From Nitrososphaerota archaeon (GTDB taxonomy: Archaea > Thermoproteota > Nitrososphaeria > Nitrososphaerales > UBA57): a stretch of DNA of 32,000 bases. Of this stretch, positions 25,550 to 32,000 are shown piece by piece. The stretch covers positions 60,001 to 92,000 of the forward strand of contig VHBL01000002.1 of assembly GCA_016871995.1 (NCBI GenBank). The letters run 5' to 3'. Both the position numbers and the translations under genes were made by a program. Numbering within the stretch: position 1 is the first letter of the stretch; each line of letters begins with the position of its first letter. The notes under the pieces are model-generated. The model saw nothing but the letters and a program-made list of their open reading frames with translations, had not been told where the DNA came from and made no database searches.

Positions 25550-25840
25550 AAGAGTACAAACGGTCATTATCTCGGCTGCGATTTCTGGAGTGCCAGCTAT
25601 TGCGTCATATCTTCCGGTTCTAGAATTGATCCAATGGATTTTAGGATCCATCAAAAGGCCACGAAGTTCTCCTTCGGAATAGTACCTAGGTTCTTCCTTG
25701 GCGAAATCCTCCTCGTACGTTGTTACTATCCATTCTCTATTTTTAAGGAGCCTTGTTAGTCTACTGATAGCCGTAGAGTCCTTGTTTTCCAGATATTTGC
25801 GAAGGTTCGCCTTGTCCTTACCTTTTTTTAGGCATAGCTT
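25544..25840 (-). CDS. Winged-helix-like ORF with no start codon (98 codons), in the +1 frame of the HerA-like gene 3' end
   Basis: The minus frame is open from 25840 to the TGA at 25546-25544. It reads KLCLKKGKDKANLRKYLENKDSTAISRLTRLLKNREWIVTTYEEDFAKEEPRYYSEGELRGLLMDPKIHWINSRTGRYDAIAGTPEIAAEIMTVCTLL. No ATG/GTG/TTG occurs before codon 63. The helix-turn-helix-wing pattern looks protein-like. Confidence 0.4.
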   Translation of the reverse strand, partial: KLCLKKGKDKANLRKYLENKDSTAISRLTRLLKNREWIVTTYEEDFAKEEPRYYSEGELRGLLMDPKIHWINSRTGRYDAIAGTPEIAAEIMTVCTLL

Positions 25841-27644
25841 TCAGAAAATTCTTCAATATGTCCTCGTTATTTTCTGCGTGGAAGAAGACCGGAATGTTCT
25901 GAGTTGCCGTTGCTTTGAAACTAGTAAGCAACCAGTCCCCATTCTGGAATGAAAGTGTTCTATCCATGAATGCATCATCTATTGCAAACATATCTGATAT
26001 CAATTGCCTATCATATGGTCTGGGCATCGTTGATACAAAGTAGCTGTGCAATTGCTGCAACGCATTAGTATTGAGATTAGCTATTCTTTGGGTGCTTATC
26101 CATCCGTGCAGATGATACTTCCTACCATGTCGTAATAATCTTTCTACAGTTCTGCTTGCCTGATCCGTGCCATCTTCTTTCCTTGTGTCTCGTGGCATAA
26201 ACTCTTGAGCCTCATCAATTATGAAAAGTATTCTAGGAGTCAGAGTGAAACTTCTTTTCCTCTTGCGAAAGACATTTGCTATTACTGATGACGTCTGAAG
26301 CCTAGCATCTTCAGCTTCCGGGAGATTTACTACAAATAGCCTAGGAGAATCCTTCTTGGTCGAGAGCATTTCATCTACAAGGTTATCCCACGTGTACTGT
26401 TCCTCTCCATCTTTCTGGCCGTCCTCGCTTGGATTTCTATCAATAACCTTCTGAAGGCTATCGAAGGTCTTCTTCAAAGAACTGCTAGCAGGTAGATCTT
26501 CAAGTAATGGTTGCACTTGCCGAATAAGCTTTGATGTCCTTGAGTCAAATGAGCTCTCCCGCTCTAATTTGTTAGAATCTAGGAACTCTTCCATCATCTT
26601 GATAATTTCAGGGACAAGGAGCTTACCTTGGACTGCGCCATACTTGTCGTTAAGAGTAGTTGACAGGACATCTATTAATCCTCCATAAGTGCTGAACATT
26701 TTGATTCCTTCCTGTCCAGCCAGAGGCATCTCCACGAATCTGACCTTGTCATCTCTGAACAAAGAAGAGATTTTCTCTACGAATTTATCTTCCAATTCAA
26801 CTAATGATTCTGGAACTGCATGCCTCCTGAAGTATTCTCTTGCAGTATCTTCAGCCTCAGCAAAATTTTCCGCAAATAGTATCCTGCTTGGATATTTGTC
26901 AAGGACATCAAGGATATGGATCCCGTACTCCGAGGAAACATCGAATATCACTATCTTCAGATCTGGAATTACTTGAAGGGCCTTTCTTACAACCATTGCC
27001 GTCATATTCGACTTTCCTGAACCTGTAAAGGCGAAGACTCCAACGTGGTAGTGAACAAGCTTCTCTATGTCGACAGTGAAGGGTATGTTCTCCTCAACAA
27101 CTCCTAGGAGATGTCCAAAGGAATAGTCTTCTTCGTTGGATTTGGGGACATAACAGATCAACTTCTGGATTGATTCTTTGCTCAGTAAATTAACTGTGCT
27201 GCCTGTAAGTGGAGCAAAAGGTTTCTTTTCAAACGCTATCTGATCAGCATTGACCTTCATCACGTAGCCCGTTGGGGCTGCGACGATTTCTATCCAAGTG
27301 CTCTTGGAACCCTTCTCCCATTCATCTTGAATGAGCTCCATGAACTCTTTTCTGATAGTTGCGGGCTGGGATCTATCCAAGGTTAGCATTGAGTAGTGCA
27401 TCGGATAGACATCTGCAATTTCGTAGATAGAGTAGGTATCGTGCGAGCCAAGGGTCTGCACATTGGGTATTGCTACAAGCTGTCCTGCTGAAAGTCTCTT
27501 TATCACGTTGGGCGTGTAATCGCATTCAATTCTAGCAGTTCTGAAAGTGATGGTTGATAGACCATCAGTTGTTGTGCGGGTAGTGGACACAATTTCCCTT
27601 AGCTTTCCTTGGAATTCACCATTAAGATCGTCAAAGACTGGCAA
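25818..27644 (-). CDS. HerA-like (FtsK/HerA superfamily, DUF87-type) ATPase
   Basis: An N-terminal barrel-like region (GQLVAIPNVQ...YSIYEIADVY) is followed by Walker A HVGVFAFTGSGKSN and Walker B RILFIIDEAQEFMP. LLRHGRKYHLHGWISTQRIANL matches eGRK-g-l-l-tQRp of HerA. The start is TTG at 27644, 2 nt after the upstream stop. Confidence 0.8.
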   Translation of the reverse strand: MPVFDDLNGEFQGKLREIVSTTRTTTDGLSTITFRTARIECDYTPNVIKRLSAGQLVAIPNVQTLGSHDTYSIYEIADVYPMHYSMLTLDRSQPATIRKEFMELIQDEWEKGSKSTWIEIVAAPTGYVMKVNADQIAFEKKPFAPLTGSTVNLLSKESIQKLICYVPKSNEEDYSFGHLLGVVEENIPFTVDIEKLVHYHVGVFAFTGSGKSNMTAMVVRKALQVIPDLKIVIFDVSSEYGIHILDVLDKYPSRILFAENFAEAEDTAREYFRRHAVPESLVELEDKFVEKISSLFRDDKVRFVEMPLAGQEGIKMFSTYGGLIDVLSTTLNDKYGAVQGKLLVPEIIKMMEEFLDSNKLERESSFDSRTSKLIRQVQPLLEDLPASSSLKKTFDSLQKVIDRNPSEDGQKDGEEQYTWDNLVDEMLSTKKDSPRLFVVNLPEAEDARLQTSSVIANVFRKRKRSFTLTPRILFIIDEAQEFMPRDTRKEDGTDQASRTVERLLRHGRKYHLHGWISTQRIANLNTNALQQLHSYFVSTMPRPYDRQLISDMFAIDDAFMDRTLSFQNGDWLLTSFKATATQNIPVFFHAENNEDILKNFLKAMPKKR

Positions 27645-27646
27645 GG

Positions 27647-29458
27647 TTAACTCTTCCTCCCCGCTTCAATCTTGGACCTGTAGTCTCTAAACCTGCTGGA
27701 GAACAATACTTGCTGATCCAAATCTGATCTGCTCATTTCTAACGCTACAACTGCAAGATATGCCTCCCTATTCTGGCCCAAGTTGGCTTTCGCTTTCTTA
27801 TCTGCAAGGAATAATGGATAGTTGTGCCCTATCGCTTCGGGAATAACTTCTTTACTCATTTGTACCAAGATGGCCATGGCAAGGTTAGTCATCTCAGAGC
27901 CCCTCTCGAAGTGCAGGATGGGGCGGATCTTTTCATCGACTTTTGAATCTTCGTTGTGCAGAAGGATTTCATCCCAATGATCGTATGCTGGGTAAGCAGG
28001 CCTGTCATAGCTGAAGACATGGCTTCTAACTGCAGGGTTCTTCTTGCTGCTCCATAGCTGGATGTATGTCTTGACGTACATCCTTTCAGGATAGATGACG
28101 TTCTTGAACGCTCCATTTACTCTGGCCTCGCCTTTTGGTAATGTAGTATCTTTTACAGGTGCCATCGTCTTGAATGCAGCATCAGTTTCTATGGTGTGCC
28201 AAGGAGTTGGAACCTCTGATGAGTTGATGACGCTGTTCATCTGCAGGAGCATCTTATCGCTGCGGAAGTCTGGAATTTTGTGATTGAGTTTGATCTTGCC
28301 TGCGTTTTGTAGAATTGGTATGACCGTCTTGACAAGTTCCGCAGCAGCAATATCCTTGATGAGTCCTATTAGGAGCAAGTTGTCTGTCCACGCTTTTCTC
28401 GTTAGAGCTTGGACGAATATGAGGGTAAGAAAATCAATATCATCTGCAGTTATCCAAAATTCTTGGCCTTTTTTCTTGAATCTAAGTGGATGGTCTCCTT
28501 GAGGATTGAATATATGATCAGCTACGATATGGGCTGCCTCCAGGACTCTATCCCAGTACTTTGATACTCTATCTTTTAGCTTGTAGTTCATGACCTGCTG
28601 GAAGATGTGATGTTCATTTTCCAGCTCACCAAAATCCTTCTGGAGCTTTGAAAACCTGTTCTGGTTTGCACCTAGCCTTCCAATTAGCTGTTGCAAGTTT
28701 AGGAGTTGGCCATCAAAGAGATGTTCGATGGCAGCATACTTGACAAGATGGCTCCTTGGTGCTGGAATTTTGAGCTCTTTGTTTGGTAAGAGCATCCTAG
28801 CAAGTTGAAGATCAAAGTTGTCTATCACCCCATCCTTGGTCTCCATGCCTTCTAGAATGCAGAGATGATCTTCGATTAGGTCTTTGGTGCTCCAGTTCAG
28901 ATGGGCATGATCTCCAGCTATAGTTCTGTCTAGAATGATTATTTTGAGAGCATCGCGTGCTGTTGTTGCTTTGAATGCCAAATAGTACTCTGCAAGGTGC
29001 ATCAGGGCTCCTGGGAGTCTTTGAGGGTCAACTTCAATACCAGATTGTGTCTTCTGGCCGAATATGTTAGCAGCATCTTCTTCTGAAATCGGGATAGCAG
29101 CAGATACAGAGAATTCTGTTCCGAGCTGTTTTGGATCTGAAACTACTATTTCCTTACCGAGAAATTTGATATTACCAGAGTAACCGAATGCCCCTACATA
29201 GAACACTATGAGATCGAGTTGCTGATCTACAGAATCGGTGCCATCGATGGCTATGTATTCAATTTCTTCTTTTCCGAAAAAGGACTCTGCTGTTGAACAT
29301 GCACTCGGAAAGTTTACTCCAAATCGTAGAAGCTGCTTTACGTCTCCTCTAGATTCTTCCAACTGGGCTAACTTTGTCTTGAAGGATTCAAGGAGGAAAC
29401 GTGTAGAACTCTGAACTCCCTCTATCGTACGTGACTCTGGAGTGAAGGGAGAAGACAT
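27647..29458 (-). CDS. Large NurA-like (RNase H-fold nuclease) protein, 603 aa
   Basis: YIAIDGTDS (NurA motif a-DGS), IIILDRTIAGD (l-lDGsl-like) and the C-terminal GHNYPLFLADKKAK (yP-L-aH/D-a) are visible. It sits immediately upstream of and is coupled to the HerA-like ATPase. The assignment rests on recalled motifs only. Confidence 0.5.
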   Translation of the reverse strand: MSSPFTPESRTIEGVQSSTRFLLESFKTKLAQLEESRGDVKQLLRFGVNFPSACSTAESFFGKEEIEYIAIDGTDSVDQQLDLIVFYVGAFGYSGNIKFLGKEIVVSDPKQLGTEFSVSAAIPISEEDAANIFGQKTQSGIEVDPQRLPGALMHLAEYYLAFKATTARDALKIIILDRTIAGDHAHLNWSTKDLIEDHLCILEGMETKDGVIDNFDLQLARMLLPNKELKIPAPRSHLVKYAAIEHLFDGQLLNLQQLIGRLGANQNRFSKLQKDFGELENEHHIFQQVMNYKLKDRVSKYWDRVLEAAHIVADHIFNPQGDHPLRFKKKGQEFWITADDIDFLTLIFVQALTRKAWTDNLLLIGLIKDIAAAELVKTVIPILQNAGKIKLNHKIPDFRSDKMLLQMNSVINSSEVPTPWHTIETDAAFKTMAPVKDTTLPKGEARVNGAFKNVIYPERMYVKTYIQLWSSKKNPAVRSHVFSYDRPAYPAYDHWDEILLHNEDSKVDEKIRPILHFERGSEMTNLAMAILVQMSKEVIPEAIGHNYPLFLADKKAKANLGQNREAYLAVVALEMSRSDLDQQVLFSSRFRDYRSKIEAGRKS

Positions 29459-29473
29459 TTGAAGGCACTTGCG

Positions 29474-30100
29474 TCAAGATATATGAGGCGCGGTTGTTAA
29501 ACTATTTGGATATGGAACAATCTTTGTCTCATGATCTTTATTGGAATAGTAGGCGTATTTTTCAAAATAAGGCGCGAGATCTACTCCATTCTGACGTATG
29601 ATGAATTTGCCGCCAACCTTGTCTATATTGAAGGTGTATCCTTTTCTATCAGGCCAGTAGCGCGGGGGAACCTTAGAGAACGGAATTACGAATGTATCGG
29701 CCGTAGTCTTTTCGTGATAGACTACGAAGCAATTTTCACCTTGCCTTGAAGCATCTTCCATGAACTCGACTTTCTTCCCGTCTAGACCTATCCAGCGGGC
29801 TTCTAACGTAACATGTCTTCCTCCTACTGCGATTGTACCATGAACTTTGTTTGGTCCATCTAGAGAGAAAGTTTGTCTCCCAAAGTGTTTGGGTAAAAGT
29901 TTGTAACCCTTTTTTGTAGCTTCGTCCTGCAGTTTGTCTATTATTTGCTCAACATCCAGGTACCGACCCTTTCTTGAAATTCCAGATGTAGTACTTAGTA
30001 CAGCGGCAGATCCGATCGGTCTAGTACTTTGTACTGGAGCCGGTGGTTGAACTGTACTATCTAAGATCCTAACAGGCGTTCCACGCCTGTGTAGGGAATC
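29474..30100 (-). CDS. Hypothetical protein, first gene of the NurA/HerA-like cassette; 209 open codons but no canonical start before the ATG at 29761
   Basis: The track ORF (95 aa, ATG 29761) continues upstream in frame to 30100. That stretch looks protein-like (GRYLDVEQIIDKLQDEATKKGYKLLPKHFGRQTFSLDGPNKVHGTIAVGGRHVTLEARWIGLDGKKVEF) and contains no in-frame ATG/GTG/TTG. The stop is 15 nt before the NurA-like ATG. Confidence 0.5.
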   Translation of the reverse strand, partial: DSLHRRGTPVRILDSTVQPPAPVQSTRPIGSAAVLSTTSGISRKGRYLDVEQIIDKLQDEATKKGYKLLPKHFGRQTFSLDGPNKVHGTIAVGGRHVTLEARWIGLDGKKVEFMEDASRQGENCFVVYHEKTTADTFVIPFSKVPPRYWPDRKGYTFNIDKVGGKFIIRQNGVDLAPYFEKYAYYSNKDHETKIVPYPNSLTTAPHIS

Positions 30101-30123
30101 CTATTTAAGAACTCAAATAGTAG

Positions 30124-30213
30124 CGGGCCCGGTGGGATTTGAACCCACGACCTTCGGCTCCGGAGGCCTGCGCTGAAGAATCAACGCCCTGATCCATGCT
30201 AGGCTACGGGCCC
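30124..30213 (-). tRNA. tRNA-Arg (anticodon CCG) with a ~14-nt non-canonical insertion/intron
   Basis: The minus strand reads GGGCCCG-TA-GCCT-AGCATGGATCA-GGGC-G-TT[GATTCTTCAGCGCA]GGC-CTCCGGA-GCCGA-AGGTC-GTGGG-TTCAAAT-CCCAC-CGGGCCC-G. The acceptor, D and T arms are canonical. The anticodon stem TTGGC/GCCGA forms only if 14 nt are removed. The loop CTCCGGA gives anticodon CCG. No CCA is encoded. Confidence 0.75.
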
Positions 30214-30236
30214 AATACGAAGCTGAGCATAGCAGT

Positions 30237-30244
30237 ATTTTAAA
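30237..30244 (-). promoter_or_regulatory. TATA box upstream of tRNA-Arg
   Basis: Minus-strand TTTAAAAT is centred about 27 nt upstream of the tRNA 5' end (30213). Confidence 0.5.
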
Positions 30245-30272
30245 GCCATGTAGTTTTTGATCTTGGTGTAAA

Positions 30273-30989
30273 TTGGAAGTCAAAGCGTTCGCGATAGACC
30301 TTGATGGCACGATGACTGATACTGCAGGTAGATTGAACCTTGATGCAGCACATGCTGCAAAATGGCTGTACAACGCGGGCTGTGAGATAATATTCGTAAG
30401 CGGGAAGAGCAGTCAGGAAGTCTTTGCTCTAGCGTCATTTCTTGGGACTAGCAAGGTTGGAGTCGGGGAAAATGGGGGAGTCGTTCAAATTGGCCCAAGC
30501 GAACTGGTTTTGCTTGGCGACAAGACCCATCCTCTTGCTGCCTACAGCTATCTTGCAGAGAGGGTGAAGAATGTCAAGCTGAAATCGGTATATCCACGCT
30601 TTACAGAGGTCGTCATGGAGAGAACTTTCGACTTTACCAAGGGTGTGGACGTTATTGAGGAAAGCAAGTACCCAGTCTACCTTTCAGACAGCCTCTACGG
30701 CTATCACATCACCTTGAGAGGCATAGACAAGGCAAGAGGTTTAAGAGAAGCCCTAAAATTTTTGAAAGTAAAACCTGAAAACTGCGTTGCAATAGGCGAT
30801 AGTCAGACGGATGTTCCTTTGTTCAGGATGTGTGGCTACAGCATCACAGTTGGTAATGCAGCTGATGACGTGAAGGCCGAAGCAAAATTCTCTGCATTTG
30901 CAGAAAATGGAGAGGGAACGGTTGAAGCATTAGAATATGTTGCAGAGCGCTTCCTTAAGGTCAAGCTTGGAGAAATTCCCCGTAAATGA
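30273..30989 (+). CDS. HAD-superfamily (subfamily IIB) phosphatase, archaeal phosphoglycolate phosphatase-like
   Basis: Motif I FAIDLDGTMTD, motif II VSGKS and motif IV AIGDSQTDVPLF are present, with a cap domain between motifs II and III. The start is TTG. Confidence 0.7.
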   Translation: MEVKAFAIDLDGTMTDTAGRLNLDAAHAAKWLYNAGCEIIFVSGKSSQEVFALASFLGTSKVGVGENGGVVQIGPSELVLLGDKTHPLAAYSYLAERVKNVKLKSVYPRFTEVVMERTFDFTKGVDVIEESKYPVYLSDSLYGYHITLRGIDKARGLREALKFLKVKPENCVAIGDSQTDVPLFRMCGYSITVGNAADDVKAEAKFSAFAENGEGTVEALEYVAERFLKVKLGEIPRK

Positions 30990-32000
30990 GTTTCAGAGTT
31001 TATAGAGATAGAGTCAAGGCAAAAGTCATAGCCGCTCTAGATGAAATTGGAGCCCCAAGAGTAGAGTTTGAGCCGCAGGAGCCTCCAAGGCCAGAATTCG
31101 GAGATATCTATGTAAACGTGGCATTTTCACTTGCAAAAGCTCTGAAAAAGAGTCCATACGAAATTGCAAAGATGCTTGCCGAAAAGATAGGAAGTGTTGA
31201 TAGTTTGTCCTGTGAGCCTTACCAACCGGGATACATTAATTTCAGAATCAACTATCCAGAGTTGGCATTCACAACTCTTGCCAGAGAAACAGCATTTCCA
31301 AACCTTGGCAGAGGGGAGAAGGTACTAGTTGAGCATACCAGCGTCAACCCTAATAAAGCACTGCATATCGGTCACGCAAGAAATGTTTTCCTTGGAGATT
31401 CAATTGCACGAATCCTCAGGTCTACTGGCTACAAGGTCTCAGTACTGAACTACGTTGATGACTCCGGGTTGCAAGTTGCTGACATTATCGTCGGCCTCCT
31501 TCACCTTGGTTTTGATGTTGAACCACAGAAGCAGGAAAAGTACGACCACTATGCTGGCGATACCATATATGTGCAGGTCAACGAACTCTATGAAAAAAAT
31601 CCCAAGCTGCAGGAGAAGAGAGGAGAAGTTCTAAAAGAAATAGAGGAAAGGAATTCAAAGACTGCTAAATTTGCTGCTGAAATCACAGAAAGAATTCTCA
31701 AAGAACAGCTAAAAACTTGCTGGAGGGTCGGCGCTTACTACGATTGCTTAGTCTTCGAGTCACACATACTTGCCACGAAGATGTGGGATAGTTTTTTCAA
31801 GATGCTGAAGGGGAAGAACATTGCAAAGTATGCGGAGTCTGGGGAACTTGCCGGTTGCTGGATAGCCATAACGAAAGAGGGGGAAGAGGATACTGAAAAG
31901 GTTCTTGTCAGGAGCAATGGCACAGCGACTTACATTGCAAAGGATATCCCGTTTGCAGCGTGGAAACTTGGCTTGACAGATGATAGATTTGGCTATAAGA
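30986..32000 (+). CDS. argS: Arginyl-tRNA synthetase, 3' end outside window
   Basis: The ATG at 30986 overlaps the HAD stop (ATGA). The frame is open to the window end (read by hand; it is absent from the ORF track, presumably because it has no stop). It contains VEHTSVNPNKALHIGHARN (HIGH motif), YVDDSGLQVAD and VRSNGTATYIAKDIPFAAWK, all typical of class I ArgRS. Confidence 0.85.
   Translation, partial: MSFRVYRDRVKAKVIAALDEIGAPRVEFEPQEPPRPEFGDIYVNVAFSLAKALKKSPYEIAKMLAEKIGSVDSLSCEPYQPGYINFRINYPELAFTTLARETAFPNLGRGEKVLVEHTSVNPNKALHIGHARNVFLGDSIARILRSTGYKVSVLNYVDDSGLQVADIIVGLLHLGFDVEPQKQEKYDHYAGDTIYVQVNELYEKNPKLQEKRGEVLKEIEERNSKTAKFAAEITERILKEQLKTCWRVGAYYDCLVFESHILATKMWDSFFKMLKGKNIAKYAESGELAGCWIAITKEGEEDTEKVLVRSNGTATYIAKDIPFAAWKLGLTDDRFGYK

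Noticed and set aside
25698-25952. Track ORF 25698..25952 (+)
   Set aside because: It is antisense to the HerA-like 3' end and to the wHTH frame, and its composition is not protein-like.
29474-30100. The ORF with no start codon next to tRNA-Arg considered as the partitioned half of an SSV-type integrase (these split their own gene on tRNA integration)
   Set aside because: No tyrosine-recombinase catalytic pattern (R...HxxR...Y) is visible in the 209 codons. No matching N-terminal half or duplicated tRNA segment was found at the other island edge.
30113-30373. Track ORF 30113..30373 (-)
   Set aside because: It is antisense to the HAD phosphatase start and runs through the tRNA-Arg gene, so it is spurious.

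Overview
Archaeal chromosomal segment, judged from intron-containing tRNAs and TATA-box/near-leaderless gene starts; possibly a thaumarchaeon, but this is unverified. Positions 1-19.3 kb are mostly core genes. They hold moaE (partial), tRNA-Leu(CAA), thrB-thrC, a SAM methyltransferase, a five-gene Liv-type ABC transporter and an ABC-2 ATPase/permease pair. They also hold a proline-rich anchored surface protein, a decayed RHH/ParB-like module, a sugar ABC transporter with no binding-protein gene, a cupredoxin-like protein, and a large PQQ-repeat beta-propeller carrying a perfect 3x36-bp repeat. Positions 19.3-30.2 kb form an accessory island abutting tRNA-Arg(CCG). It contains about 1 kb of gene fragments, a type II-like R-M pair, a Zn-ribbon XPD/DinG-like helicase, and an AbiEi-like gene with a truncated AbiEii-like partner. 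The most interesting element is a co-directional minus-strand cassette in this island: an ORF with no start codon, a 603-aa NurA-like protein, a 608-aa HerA-like ATPase, and a winged-helix ORF with no start codon that is reachable only by a +1 shift at an A7 tract. I cannot assign this cassette to any named system. Core genes (HAD phosphatase, argS partial) resume after the tRNA. Several accessory genes carry disruptions (frameshift, in-frame stop, truncation, missing starts) while core genes are intact. All family calls rest on motifs read by eye and recalled family signatures; no database search or computation was possible.
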